From NCBI GenBank assembly GCA_964572855.1, contig CAZNGF010000002.1, positions 30,551-94,550 of the forward strand: a stretch of DNA of 64,000 nucleotides, in the 5' to 3' direction. Shown piece after piece: positions 35,229-46,690 of the stretch. Source of the stretch: an uncultured Thermotogae bacterium (GTDB taxonomy: Bacteria > Bipolaricaulota > Bipolaricaulia > RBG-16-55-9 > JAJCYT01). The notes below the pieces were generated by a model. It saw only the letters and a list, made by a program, of their open reading frames with translations, searched no databases and was not told where the DNA came from. Numbering within the stretch: position 1 is the first letter of the stretch; each line of letters starts with the position of its first letter. The translations under genes and the position numbers were made by a program.

Positions 35229-36317
35229 CTAGCGCTTGACCGACCCCCGGTAAAACGGCCGCTTCACCACGCGCGCCCGCTTGGCTTGCCCGCGCACGTC
35301 CACTGCTATCGCCGTCTCCGGCGCCAGCTTGCGGTCCACCAGGGCCAGCGCCAGGAACGCGTCCACGCTCGGCCCCTTCATCCCGCTGGTCACCGTCCCG
35401 ACGCGCTCCCCCTCCAGCGTGACCACGTAGCCCTGGCGCGGCACGCCGCGGTCCGCCATCTCCAAACCGATCAGCCGGCGGGGCGGATCGGTCTTCTGGC
35501 CCAACAGGACGTCCTTGCCCAGGTAGTCGTCGGGCTTGTCCTTCACGGTCCAGCCCAGCCCAGCCTCGATCGGCGAGATGTCGGTCGCCAGCTCGTGTCC
35601 GTAGAGCGGCAGGCACGCCTCGAAGCGCAGCGAGTCGCGCGCGCCCAGGCCCACGGGCGCGACGCCGCGCTCCATGAGCGCGTCCCACAACCGCAGCCCG
35701 GCGGAAACGTCCGTGCCGTAGATCTCGAAGCCGTCCTCGCCCGTGTACCCCGTGCGCGAGACCAACAGGTCGGCCCCTGCGATCTCGACGGTCGCGCTGC
35801 GGAAGTAGCCCAGTGGGGCCAAGTCCGCCGCAGAGAGCGCCTGCAGCGCCGACTCGGCCTCGGGCCCCTGCACCGCCAGCTCCCAGTAGCGTTCGCTCGC
35901 GTTTTCGACCACGGCCTCGAACGCCGTTGCGTGCTCCTCGATCCAAGCCACGTCCTTGGCGATGTTGGCCGCGTTGATCACCAGCAGGTACCCCTCGTCC
36001 AGCCGGTAGACCAACAGGTCGTCCACCGTCCCGCCGTCCGGCTGGCACATCGGCGTGTAGAGTATCTGACCGGATTCAAGCGTCGAGGCGTCGTTCGTGA
36101 TCAGGTGCTGCACGAACGCCAGCGCCTCCGGTCCCCGCACCCAGACCTCGCCCATGTGCGACACGTCGAACACCCCGGCCGCCTCGCGCACGCTCCGGTG
36201 CTCCTCCAGGATCCCGGCGTATTGGATCGGCATCTCGTAGCCCGCGAACGGGACCAGCTTGGCCCCCGCGGCGCCGTGCCGGTCGTAGAACGGCGTTCGC
36301 TTCAATTCCGTGCTCAT
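35229..36317 (-). CDS. gcvT: Glycine cleavage system T protein (aminomethyltransferase).
   Basis: MSTELKRTPFYDRHGAAGAKLVPFAGYEMPIQYAGILEEHRSVREAAGVFDVSHMG… is canonical GcvT, 362 aa. The track ORF 35229..37298 is a stop-free run-through into gpsA. Confidence 0.85.
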   Translation of the reverse strand: MSTELKRTPFYDRHGAAGAKLVPFAGYEMPIQYAGILEEHRSVREAAGVFDVSHMGEVWVRGPEALAFVQHLITNDASTLESGQILYTPMCQPDGGTVDDLLVYRLDEGYLLVINAANIAKDVAWIEEHATAFEAVVENASERYWELAVQGPEAESALQALSAADLAPLGYFRSATVEIAGADLLVSRTGYTGEDGFEIYGTDVSAGLRLWDALMERGVAPVGLGARDSLRFEACLPLYGHELATDISPIEAGLGWTVKDKPDDYLGKDVLLGQKTDPPRRLIGLEMADRGVPRQGYVVTLEGERVGTVTSGMKGPSVDAFLALALVDRKLAPETAIAVDVRGQAKRARVVKRPFYRGSVKR

Positions 36318-36334
36318 GTCAATCGTCCCTTCCG

Positions 36335-37330
36335 CTAAAGTCGTTCCACCTTGGCCTCGCGCGTCATCAGCTCGCTCAGTTGCGCCAGCGGGGCCGCGCC
36401 GTCGTAAAGCACGGCGTGGACGGCCTCGGTGATCGGCAGTTCGATCCCGCGTGCGCGTCCGGCGGCGCGCACCGTGCGCGTGGCGTACACGCCCTCGGCC
36501 ACCATGTTCATCTCTTCCATCACGTGCTCCAGCGTGCTCCCGCGCCCGACCTGCTCCCCCACCGCGCGGTTGCGGCTGTGTCGCGAGGTGCACGTCGCCA
36601 CCAGGTCGCCCAGGCCGCTCAGCCCGAACAACGTCTCCCGCCGCGCGCCCAGCTCGACGGCCAGCCGGCTCATCTCCGCCAGCCCGCGCGCGATCAGCGC
36701 GCCCTTGGCGTTGTCGCCGAAGCCCAGCCCGTCCGAGATGCCCGCGGCCAAAGCGATCACGTTCTTGACCGACCCGCCGTATTCCACCCCCAGCACGTCG
36801 TCGCTCAGGTACGGGCGGAAGCGCTCGCTCATGAACAGGGCTTGCAGCCGTTCCCCCACCGGCAGGTCGTGGCCCGCGATCACCACCGAGGTCGGGGAGT
36901 CCCGCCCCACCTCCTCGGCGTGGCTCGGCCCCGAGAGCGTGAACACCCGGCTCGTTGGCAACTCCTCGCCCAGCACCTGGGACATCGTCTTGAGCGAGTC
37001 CGCCTCCAGCCCCTTGGCCAGGTTCACCACGACCGTGTTCGGCGTGCAGTGGGTCCGCAAGCGTACCGCGAGTTCCCGCACCGCAAACGACGGCACCGAC
37101 ACCACCCACACCGCCCGCCCTTCCGCTGCGTCGGCCAGGTCCACCGACGCCGTCAGGGCCTCCGGCAGCGGGACGCCGGGGAGGTACTCGGCGTTCTCGC
37201 GCTTGGATTCCAGCGCGCGCACGCATTCGGCCCGCCGCGCCCACAAGCGGGTCGGATGGCCCTGCCGGGCCAGCAGGCGGGCGACCGCCGTTCCCCAACT
37301 TCCCGCACCGAACACGGCTACCCCATCCAT
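36335..37330 (-). CDS. gpsA: NAD(P)H-dependent glycerol-3-phosphate dehydrogenase.
   Basis: Rossmann motif AVFGAGSWGTAVA and the GpsA-specific region (…LAKGLE…, GVEYGGSVKNVIALAAGISDGLGFGDN…). Confidence 0.85.
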   Translation of the reverse strand: MDGVAVFGAGSWGTAVARLLARQGHPTRLWARRAECVRALESKRENAEYLPGVPLPEALTASVDLADAAEGRAVWVVSVPSFAVRELAVRLRTHCTPNTVVVNLAKGLEADSLKTMSQVLGEELPTSRVFTLSGPSHAEEVGRDSPTSVVIAGHDLPVGERLQALFMSERFRPYLSDDVLGVEYGGSVKNVIALAAGISDGLGFGDNAKGALIARGLAEMSRLAVELGARRETLFGLSGLGDLVATCTSRHSRNRAVGEQVGRGSTLEHVMEEMNMVAEGVYATRTVRAAGRARGIELPITEAVHAVLYDGAAPLAQLSELMTREAKVERL

Positions 37331-37467
37331 GCCGCCAGCTTATCGCCTCCGGCCCGGCTCGGGCAAACCCGAATCGCCCCCTCGAATTGCGCTACAATGG
37401 GACGGGAAAGGAGGGATGCCAGCGGTCGCGGGCCGGTCCAACAATCCCATTCACAAAGGAGACATTC

Positions 37468-38355
37468 ATGAAAAAGTTCCTGTCGTTGGCGGGCAGTTTG
37501 GCGGTGTTGCTCCTCGTGCTGTTCACACTCGGAAACGCCCAGTCGTCGACCCAGCCTCCCGACGGGGTCGACGTCGAGCTCATCATCTCGAACGAGGCGT
37601 GCCAGGGCGGCGTCCAGCTCACCCAGATCCTGTTCCTGCGGGACGGACAGACCATCTCGATCAACCTGCGCCTCCCGGCCACCCAGATCCCGGTCGGCTC
37701 GCGCCAGCGCCTCGCCTTCGAGCTCAACGACCAGCCCACCGCCGTCAACCTCAAGGGCACGATCGGCGGCGAGGCCCCGCTCGACGTCACCGCCCAGGTC
37801 GGCACCACCCAGTACCAGTGCGGCATCGTCCAGCTCATCGTCGAGGGCAGCACGGCCGCCCCCTCAGGGGTCGCCCCGCAGCCCGGCACGGGCGCCCAGC
37901 TCCCGCCCCAGCTCGCCGGCATCGGCCCCGGCGTCGGCCCGCAGCAGGCCCTGAATCAATTGCAGGCCAACGGGTTCGACATGCAGGTCCAGGGAACCCA
38001 GGCCAACCCCAAGGTCGGCAACGCCGACGACATCCTGATCAGCTCGGCGCTCGGCGCCGGCTTCCTCAGCGGGTTCGGGGCCTGGGTGAGTTCGGGATCC
38101 TTCCAGTTGCGCAGCGCGGTCGTCTGGGACGTGCCCTCGACCAGCATGGTCTTGCTCGTCATCAGCAACGTCGGCGGGTTCTGCGCCTCGGTCCCCCCGG
38201 GCGGCGGCGGCATCGCGCTCTTCTGCGACCGTCCCGGGGCGCTCGCCCCCACCACGACCCTGGGCAACGGGCCCGTGCCCGGCAACGTCTTCCTCGTGCT
38301 CGTGCTCAAGATCGGCGGGCCGACGCAGCCGTTCGTGCTCTCGCTGGCGGGCTAG
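37468..38355 (+). CDS. Hypothetical secreted Gly/Pro/Gln-rich protein.
   Basis: RBS AAAGGAGA, signal peptide MKKFLSLAGSLAVLLLVLFTLGNAQS. A TACAAT hexamer lies ~80 nt upstream. No domain recognised. Confidence 0.5.
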   Translation: MKKFLSLAGSLAVLLLVLFTLGNAQSSTQPPDGVDVELIISNEACQGGVQLTQILFLRDGQTISINLRLPATQIPVGSRQRLAFELNDQPTAVNLKGTIGGEAPLDVTAQVGTTQYQCGIVQLIVEGSTAAPSGVAPQPGTGAQLPPQLAGIGPGVGPQQALNQLQANGFDMQVQGTQANPKVGNADDILISSALGAGFLSGFGAWVSSGSFQLRSAVVWDVPSTSMVLLVISNVGGFCASVPPGGGGIALFCDRPGALAPTTTLGNGPVPGNVFLVLVLKIGGPTQPFVLSLAG

Positions 38356-38407
38356 CAGCGTTCGGGAAGTGAAAAAGGGAGGGGGCGCCGGCGCCCCCTC
38401 CCGTCGT

Positions 38408-39622
38408 TTACGGACCCGTCTCGTTCATCCAAACCTGGATCTCGCCATTGAAGAAGTTCACCACCGCGATGTCCGGGTAGCCGTCCCCGTCGAAGTCGTC
38501 GCTCAGCAGCCCCGCCGGGCCGAAACGCGTCTCGAACGGCTCGGGCGCGCGCAACTCGCCCCCGCCCGCGTTCAACAGCACGTGGACCTTGCCGGGCTCG
38601 ACCTGCCCGCGCGTCCGGCTCGTGATCACGTCCAGGTCGCCGTCCCGGTCCAGGTCGGCCAGCGCGATGCCCGAGACGTTGTTCACCACGTACTTGATCG
38701 GCTCCCCGAACGCCCCGGCGTCGGTGTGCGGCACGATCCCCAGCGCGTTGTTGAACTCGCTGTACACGGGGTCCATCCGGCCGTTCCCGGTCACGTCCCC
38801 CAGCGCGACGCGCCCGAAGCGGTTGTGCAACGACCGCGCGATCGACTGCGACGGCCCGAACCCGTCCCCGTCCGACACGAACAGCACCAGCTCGCCCCCC
38901 GCGTCGTCCGGGTGGTCCGCCGGCCGCGCGACGGCGCCCGCGCGCGTCGGGTTGCCGGCCATCCCCTCGATCTCGCCCAGCACGTACAGGTCGTCCAACC
39001 CGTCGCCGTTCACGTCGTCGACCGCGAACCGGCCCGCGTGTACTTCGAAATCGACCAGGACGGGCGCCGTAAATCCCCCCGTCAACGCGCCGAAGGCCAG
39101 CGCGCCCGTGGTGGCGTCCCGGTAGCTCACCACGACGTCCAGCCGCCCGTTGCCGTCGAAGTCGCCGTACCCGACGCTGCTCGGCGTGCCGGGCTCCGTC
39201 GGCAAAGCCAGCGTCTCGACCCGCGCCAGTCCCGCGGCCGCGTCGCCGGCGTAGAGCGCCACCTGGTGCGAGGTGTCCAGCAGCACCACCAGGTCGGTCA
39301 GGCCGTCCCCGTTGAACGAGGCCGACAGGATGCCCGCCGGCCGTGGCAGGACTTCGAACGCCTCCCCCGCCTCGAACGCCCCCGTGCCGTCGCCCAAGAA
39401 CACCTGCAGGTGGTGGTCGATAAAGTAGTTCACCACGAGATCCACGTGGCCGTCCCCGTTGAAGTCCCCGCTGGCCAGGCTGCTCGGGCTCTCCCCGGTC
39501 TCAACGCTCACCGGGGCGCCCAATGAGACCGTAAACGGGATCTGGGAAAACGGGGTAAAAGAACAGGACGCGGCCGCGGCCGAAACGACCAGCACGGCCA
39601 GCGTCGCAAGGTACCGTCGCAT
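38408..39622 (-). CDS. FG-GAP / VCBS-repeat (integrin-alpha-like beta-propeller) lipoprotein.
   Basis: The lipobox-like signal is MRRYLATLAVLVVSAAAASC. Seven or more FG-GAP-type repeats carry Ca-binding DxDxDG motifs (GDFNGDGHVDLVV, ASFNGDGLTDLVV, GDFDGNGRLDVVV, DDVNGDGLDDLYV, ADLDRDGDLDVIT, DDFDGDGYPDIAV). Confidence 0.75.
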   Translation of the reverse strand: MRRYLATLAVLVVSAAAASCSFTPFSQIPFTVSLGAPVSVETGESPSSLASGDFNGDGHVDLVVNYFIDHHLQVFLGDGTGAFEAGEAFEVLPRPAGILSASFNGDGLTDLVVLLDTSHQVALYAGDAAAGLARVETLALPTEPGTPSSVGYGDFDGNGRLDVVVSYRDATTGALAFGALTGGFTAPVLVDFEVHAGRFAVDDVNGDGLDDLYVLGEIEGMAGNPTRAGAVARPADHPDDAGGELVLFVSDGDGFGPSQSIARSLHNRFGRVALGDVTGNGRMDPVYSEFNNALGIVPHTDAGAFGEPIKYVVNNVSGIALADLDRDGDLDVITSRTRGQVEPGKVHVLLNAGGGELRAPEPFETRFGPAGLLSDDFDGDGYPDIAVVNFFNGEIQVWMNETGP

Positions 39623-39740
39623 ACGCGCTCCTCCCTTGTCCGGATGGGCTGATTTCGGGCCATTGTATCGCCCGTTCCCCTCGAATCAACGGCCGGCACC
39701 CCTTTGGACACCGCTCCCCGCCTCCGTTACCCTTGCCCCC

Positions 39741-41651
39741 ATGGTTCCCGACCGCGTGCGCCGCGCCCTGGCTTCGCTGCCCCGCGCCCCCGGCGTCTAC
39801 CTCATGCGCGACGCTTCGGGCGAGGTCATCTACGTCGGCAAGGCGCTGCGGCTCAACGAGCGCGTGCGCTCCTACTTCCAGCCCTACCACCAGAAGGCCG
39901 ACCACAAGGTCTTCATGATTGCCCAGACCGTGCGCGACCTGGAAACGATCGTGACCCGCTCCGAAATGGAGGCGCTCGTGCTGGAGGAACAGCTCATCAA
40001 GAGCCACCGCCCGCGCTTCAACGTCCGCCTCAAGGACGACAAGCGCTTCCCCTACCTCAAGGTCACGCTCGGCGAGCCCTTCCCCCGCCTGCTCGTGAGC
40101 CGTCGCGTCGAGCGCGACGGCGCCAAGTACTTCGGTCCCTACACCAACGCACAGCTCGTGCGCGAGAACCTCAACACGCTGCGCCGCTTCTACCCCGCCC
40201 GCACCTGCGCCGACGACATCCGCGACCGTCCCACCCGCGCCCGGCCCTGCCTGGACCACTTCATCCGGCAGTGCCCCGCCCCCTGCGTCCAGAAGATCGA
40301 ACGGGACGCATATCGGAAGCGCGTCGAAGCCCTGTGCCGCTTCCTGGAAGGGCGGGACCGGACCCTCTTTCACGAGATCGAAGTCGACATGGCTCAGGCT
40401 TCCGAGGCACTGCGCTTCGAGCGGGCCGCCCACCTGCGCGACGCGCTGGGCGCCTTGAAGGCGCTCGCCGGTCAGCATCGCGCGGTCTCGACCGGCACCT
40501 TAACCTCGCGCGACGCCGTCGGGCTGGCCTCCAGCGAGGGGACCTGCGCGGTCCAGGTGTTCTTCGTGCGCGACGGCGCGATCAAGGGACGGGAACACTT
40601 CTTCCTCGACGTGCCCCAGGGGTCGAGCCCCGGCGAGGTCCTGGGCGCGTTTTTGACCCAGTTTTACGCCGAGGCCACCGTCATCCCGCGCGAGGTGCTG
40701 CTGCCGGAATCGATGCCCGAGTTGGAATGGATTCAGACCTGGCTCAGCGACAAGCTCGGCGGCGCGGTCAAGCTGCTCGTCCCCCAGCGCGGACCCAAAC
40801 GAAAGCTCGTCCAAATGGCCACCCGCAACGCCGAACTGGCCCTGTTCGAGTCCGTCAACCGCGAAGCGCGCGCCGGGCGCCGGCGCCGGGCGTTGGAGGA
40901 ACTGCGGGAAGCCCTCGACCTCCCGCGCCTCCCCGAACGGATCGAGTGCTACGACATCTCCAACCTCCACGGTGGCGACGCGGTGGGCGCGATGGTCGTG
41001 TTCGAGGACGGGTCTCCCCACAAGGCCGACTACCGCCGCTTCCGCATCAAAACCGTCCGCGGCGCGGACGACTTCGCCATGATGGCCGAGACCCTGCGCC
41101 GGCGCTTCCAACACGGGCTGCGGGAACGGGCCGAGCTCGGCGACCTTGATCGGAACGCTTCCCGCGGGGACGGAACCATCCCCGCCGTAAAATTCGCGAA
41201 ATTCCCTGATCTGATCCTGATTGACGGCGGAAAGGGTCAACTCGGCGCGGCCCGCCACGTGCTGCAGGAATTGAACCTGACGGACATCCCGCTGGCCGCG
41301 CTCGCCAAGAAACGAGAGGAGATATTCCAGCCGAAGCGTAAGGACCCTGTGCTCCTGCCGCGCGAAAGTGAGGCGCTCTACCTCGTGCAGCACCTACGTG
41401 ACGAGGCCCACCGCTTCGGGGTGCGCTACCATCGCTCGCTGCGCCAGCGCCACACGGTCCACTCCGCGCTGGACGAGGTGCCCGGCGTGGGCCCCAAGAG
41501 GCGGACGCAACTGCTGCGGCACTTCGGCTCCGTGAGCCGGATCCGCGCCGCTTCGCTCGAGGAAATCGAGGCCGTTCCGGGCATCAGCGCCCGCGTGGCC
41601 CGGCAGGTCCACGCGGCGCTCCGCGTCGAGGACCTTTCGAAGAACGCCTGA
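39741..41651 (+). CDS. uvrC: Excinuclease ABC subunit C.
   Basis: N-terminal GIY-YIG (PGVYLMRDASGEVIYVGKALRLNERV), UvrBC-interaction region, RNase H-like endonuclease domain and a C-terminal (HhH)2. ATG at 39741. Confidence 0.85.
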   Translation: MVPDRVRRALASLPRAPGVYLMRDASGEVIYVGKALRLNERVRSYFQPYHQKADHKVFMIAQTVRDLETIVTRSEMEALVLEEQLIKSHRPRFNVRLKDDKRFPYLKVTLGEPFPRLLVSRRVERDGAKYFGPYTNAQLVRENLNTLRRFYPARTCADDIRDRPTRARPCLDHFIRQCPAPCVQKIERDAYRKRVEALCRFLEGRDRTLFHEIEVDMAQASEALRFERAAHLRDALGALKALAGQHRAVSTGTLTSRDAVGLASSEGTCAVQVFFVRDGAIKGREHFFLDVPQGSSPGEVLGAFLTQFYAEATVIPREVLLPESMPELEWIQTWLSDKLGGAVKLLVPQRGPKRKLVQMATRNAELALFESVNREARAGRRRRALEELREALDLPRLPERIECYDISNLHGGDAVGAMVVFEDGSPHKADYRRFRIKTVRGADDFAMMAETLRRRFQHGLRERAELGDLDRNASRGDGTIPAVKFAKFPDLILIDGGKGQLGAARHVLQELNLTDIPLAALAKKREEIFQPKRKDPVLLPRESEALYLVQHLRDEAHRFGVRYHRSLRQRHTVHSALDEVPGVGPKRRTQLLRHFGSVSRIRAASLEEIEAVPGISARVARQVHAALRVEDLSKNA

Positions 41652-41701
41652 CGGGCTCCCGCCGCAGAACGCAGGCTTGTTCGCTGCGCGCCGCGCCCGG
41701 A

Positions 41702-42115
41702 CTAGCGCCGCACGCGCGCGTTGTCGCCGCGCACCAGGATTTTCAACCCCACCTTGGTGATACCACGCCCGGTGTCGTCCGGGGTCTGGCCCGACAGGCC
41801 CAGACGCCGCGCCGCGCCAAACGACAGGTCGATGATGCGCCCCTCGACGAAGGGCCCCCGGTCGTTGATGCGCACCACGATCGAGCGCCCCGTCTCCAGA
41901 TCGGTCACGCGCACGACCGTCCCAAACGGCAACGTCTTATGCGCCGCGCTGTAGGCGTACATGTCATACACCTCGCCGTTGGCCGTGTGGTTGCCGTGGA
42001 AGCCCGGCCCGTACCAACTCGCGATTCCGACCTGGTCGTACCCCGGACTCAAGGTCAGCAACGCCACGGCCAGCGCCGCCAGCGCGGCCCCGACGCCTGC
42101 GATCCACCAATGCAT
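41702..42115 (-). CDS. rlpA: Septal ring lytic transglycosylase RlpA-family protein (DPBB domain).
   Basis: [67 protein letters not shown] is the double-psi beta-barrel of RlpA. It is preceded by a TM/signal segment; the start is MHWW at 42115. Confidence 0.8.
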   Translation of the reverse strand: MHWWIAGVGAALAALAVALLTLSPGYDQVGIASWYGPGFHGNHTANGEVYDMYAYSAAHKTLPFGTVVRVTDLETGRSIVVRINDRGPFVEGRIIDLSFGAARRLGLSGQTPDDTGRGITKVGLKILVRGDNARVRR

Positions 42116-42274
42116 CGTCCCTCCCGTGCGCTGCCTTGACGCTACCCGCGCGGGCCGGCGGCGCGCAACGACGCGCGTCCGCCCCGCGCGGGCCACCCGC
42201 CCGTACGCGTTGCATTCGCCCAGCCAAACGTCCCTTGACAAGCCCTCCGGGCGAGGCTACAATGGGGGCATCTC

Positions 42275-42301
42275 TTAGCAGTCACACACTTTAAGTGCTA
42301 A
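42275..42301 (+). promoter_or_regulatory. CIRCE-like inverted repeat (HrcA operator) upstream of groES.
   Basis: TTAGCAGTC-N9-AAGTGCTAA, against the consensus TTAGCACTC-N9-GAGTGCTAA (one mismatch per arm). A TACAAT -10-like hexamer lies at 42257-42262, just upstream. Confidence 0.6.
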
Positions 42302-42322
42302 AACCGAACCAAGGAGGCCTGT

Positions 42323-42613
42323 ATGGCGAAGAAGATCCCGTTAAAGCCGTTGGGGACGCGCGTCCTGCTGCGCGAACTCGAGGAGAAGAACGAGCAGGGG
42401 GGCATCATCCTGCCGGAAGACGCCGAGGGCAGCAAGTTCCGCCGCGGCAAGGTGCTCGCGCTGGGCAACGCGGTCGGCACCGAGGACGAGGAGATCAAGC
42501 TCAAGGTCGGCGACACGGTCCTGATCGACAGTTTCCTGGGCAAGGAAGTCGAGTACGAAGGCGCTGAATACCTGATCGTCAAGAGCACCGACGTCCTGGC
42601 CGTGCTCGAATAA
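42323..42613 (+). CDS. groES: Co-chaperonin GroES.
   Basis: MAKKIPLKPLGTRVLLRELEEKNEQGGIILPE… 96 aa. Confidence 0.9.
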   Translation: MAKKIPLKPLGTRVLLRELEEKNEQGGIILPEDAEGSKFRRGKVLALGNAVGTEDEEIKLKVGDTVLIDSFLGKEVEYEGAEYLIVKSTDVLAVLE

Positions 42614-42653
42614 CCCAGAAAGGAGTGGAGGAGCAAGCAAGCTCCGAATTACT

Positions 42654-44285
<1,632 letters not shown>

Positions 44286-44312
44286 AGTCTGAGCAGAACG
44301 CAAGTTGAAACA

Positions 44313-44354
44313 GCGGCGCCTCGCCCTTTGCGGCGGGGCGCCGCCTTTCCTTCC
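44313..44354 (+). terminator. groEL intrinsic terminator hairpin.
   Basis: GCGGCGCCTCGCCC-tttgc-GGCGGGGCGCCGCC followed by TTTCCTTCC. Confidence 0.5.
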
Positions 44355-44415
44355 TCCCCGGTTTGCAAACCCGCCGCGCCCCACGTACCATGCCCGCAAC
44401 ACGACTCAAGGGGTG

Positions 44416-44499
44416 ATGGCCATGTCCAATCCGAAGCGCACCGATCCCGCCGTCCGGAGCGTCATCGCCCACCACCACGTCGGCCGCTGGGTTCATTGA
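44416..44499 (+). CDS. hisL: Candidate his operon leader peptide (27 codons) with three consecutive His codons.
   Basis: RBS AAGGGGTG. The ORF is MAMSNPKRTDPAVRSVIAHHHVGRWVH-stop and ends 65 nt before hisG. A candidate promoter, TTTGCA-N18-TACCAT, lies within or next to a perfect 12-bp palindrome GGTTTGCAAACC at 44360-44371. Confidence 0.4.
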   Translation: MAMSNPKRTDPAVRSVIAHHHVGRWVH

Positions 44500-44564
44500 G
44501 CCGTACGGTCCGTCCACGAAACCCACCACGCATGGCTCGAAGCTGAAGCAGTCAGGAGGCGCCC

Positions 44565-45425
44565 GTGTCTGACCCGTTGAAGATCGCGGTGCCCAGCAAG
44601 GGCCGCCTAAGCGAACGCGCGCTCGAGCTTTTGTCCAAGGCGGGCTTCCACGTCCCGCGGCACGCACGCCGGCTCATGTCGGACGTCAACGGCGGCTGGC
44701 GCCTGCTGTTCGTGCGCACCCAGGACATCCCCGAGTACGTGGCCACCGGCACGGTCGACGCCGGGATCACCGGCAGCGACCTGGTGGCCGAGCACGGCGT
44801 GGGCGTCCAAGAGCTGCTCCCGCTTGGCTTCGGCCGCTGCCGCTTGGTGGTGGCGGCGCCCCGCTTGGGGGCAATCGAGTCGCTCGAGGACCTGGACGGA
44901 AAACGCGTGGCCACGACCTTCCCGCGCGCCTCGGGCCGCTTCTTCGCGTCGCGCGGCCTGCGGGTCGAGATCGTCCCGCTCTCGGGCGCCACCGAGGTCG
45001 CGCCCAACGTCGGCGTGGCCGAGGCCATCGCCGACCTGGTCGAGACCGGCTCGACCTTGCGCCAGAACGGGTTGGCCGAACTCGAAACCGTGTTCCGCTC
45101 CGAAGCCGTCTTGATCGCCAACCCCGCCAGCTACGAGGCAAACGGCAACGCGCTCGACGAATTTCGCGCTGCGCTCAAGAGCGTGCTGGACGCCCAGGCG
45201 AAGCGTTACCTGATGGCCAACGTCCCCGAGGCGCAACTCGAGCGCGTCAAGGGGCTGCTGCCCGGCGTGACCGCGCCCACCGTCATGCACCTGCTCGACG
45301 GCGACGGCTGGGTCGCGCTACACGCCGTTGTCCACGAGGACGAGATCAACGCGCTCATCCCGCAACTCAAGGAGCTCGGCGTCCAGGGCCTGCTCATCCT
45401 GCCGATCGAAAGGATGGTCCCATGA
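44565..45425 (+). CDS. hisG: ATP phosphoribosyltransferase, long form with C-terminal regulatory domain.
   Basis: 286 aa, GTG start. HisG motifs (…DAGITGSDLV…) and a C-terminal ACT-like HisG_C domain. Confidence 0.85.
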   Translation: MSDPLKIAVPSKGRLSERALELLSKAGFHVPRHARRLMSDVNGGWRLLFVRTQDIPEYVATGTVDAGITGSDLVAEHGVGVQELLPLGFGRCRLVVAAPRLGAIESLEDLDGKRVATTFPRASGRFFASRGLRVEIVPLSGATEVAPNVGVAEAIADLVETGSTLRQNGLAELETVFRSEAVLIANPASYEANGNALDEFRAALKSVLDAQAKRYLMANVPEAQLERVKGLLPGVTAPTVMHLLDGDGWVALHAVVHEDEINALIPQLKELGVQGLLILPIERMVP

Positions 45426-46690
45426 TCGCGGTGCAAGCGCTCGAGCGCCTGGACGCGGCGGCGCGCACGCGCCTGCTCGACCGCCCGAGCCCGCTCGACG
45501 ACGCGGCCCGCAGCGCGGCCATCCGCATCCTCGCGCGCGTGCGCGCCGAGGGCGACGCCGCGCTGTTCGCGCTCACCCGAGACCTGGACGGCGTCGCGCT
45601 CGAAACCCTGAGCGTGCCGCGCCGCGACTGCTTCCGCGCGCTGGACGGCCTCCCGGACGAGCTCAAGCGCGCGCTCGGAACCGCCAAGCGCAACCTGGAG
45701 CGCTTCCACGAACCCCAGCGGCTCGACGGCTACGAGCTGGCGCCCGAGCCGGGCGTGACGCTGGGCCAGCGCGCCGTCGCTTATGAGCGCGTCGGGATCT
45801 ACGTGCCCAAGAACCTGCCCTCCTCGCTGCTGATGGCCGCCGTGCCCGCCCGGCTGGCGGGCGTCTGCGAGCTGGTGGCCTGCACGCCGCCCGACGCACA
45901 CGGTCGCGTCCCCGAAACGGTCCGCGCCGCGGCCGCGCTGGTCGACCTCGACGTGCTGCACCCGGTCGGCGGCGCGCAGGCGATCGCCGCGCTGGCCTAC
46001 GGCAGCGAAAGCGTGCGCCCGGTCGAAAAGATCGTCGGGCCCGGCAACGCCTACGTCACGGCCGCCAAGGCGCTCGTGCGCGATTTTCTCGGGATCGAGG
46101 CGCTGGCCGGCCCCAGCGAGGTCGCGCTCGTGGTCGAGCCGGTTGAGGGCCTCGATTCGGACAGGCTTGCCGACTGGGCGTTGGCCGAGCTGCGCGCTCA
46201 ACTCGAGCATGGGCCCGGCACCTCCGCGCTCCTGCTCACGTCCCTGTCCGACTTGGCCTCACATGTCGCCGACGCGCTCTCGGACGAGCTGAAAGCGAGC
46301 CAGCACGTCGCGCTGCTCACCTACGGCTCGCTCAACGAGGCGATTCGCTTCGTCAACGACTACGCACCCGAGCATCTGTGCCTCTGGGGCCCCGGCCCTG
46401 AAGGCGCGTTCTCACGGATCAAGGCGGCCGGCTCCGTGTTCCTGGGACCGTGGACGCCGGTGGCGTTGGGGGACTACGCCTCGGGCACGAACCACATCCT
46501 GCCCACGGCGCGCGGCGCGCGTCTGGGGGGCGGCCTGACCGTGCGCGACTTCCAGCGCACGATCTCCTATCAGCGCGCGACACCCGAGGGGCTGCGCGCG
46601 CTGGCGCCGGCCGTGACCGCGCTGGCCCGGTCCGAGGGCATGGCCGCACACGCCGCCGCGGTTACAACGCGACTGGAGGAAAGCGCATGA
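45422..46690 (+). CDS. hisD: Histidinol dehydrogenase.
   Basis: 422 aa, canonical HisD (…EKIVGPGNAYVTAAK…, …GDYASGTNHILPT…). Confidence 0.9.
   Translation: MIAVQALERLDAAARTRLLDRPSPLDDAARSAAIRILARVRAEGDAALFALTRDLDGVALETLSVPRRDCFRALDGLPDELKRALGTAKRNLERFHEPQRLDGYELAPEPGVTLGQRAVAYERVGIYVPKNLPSSLLMAAVPARLAGVCELVACTPPDAHGRVPETVRAAAALVDLDVLHPVGGAQAIAALAYGSESVRPVEKIVGPGNAYVTAAKALVRDFLGIEALAGPSEVALVVEPVEGLDSDRLADWALAELRAQLEHGPGTSALLLTSLSDLASHVADALSDELKASQHVALLTYGSLNEAIRFVNDYAPEHLCLWGPGPEGAFSRIKAAGSVFLGPWTPVALGDYASGTNHILPTARGARLGGGLTVRDFQRTISYQRATPEGLRALAPAVTALARSEGMAAHAAAVTTRLEESA

Noticed and set aside
35229-37298. 689-aa minus ORF.
   Set aside because: Fusion of gcvT with an upstream stop-free G/R-rich frame running through gpsA on the same strand. 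gcvT has a clear ATG at 36317.
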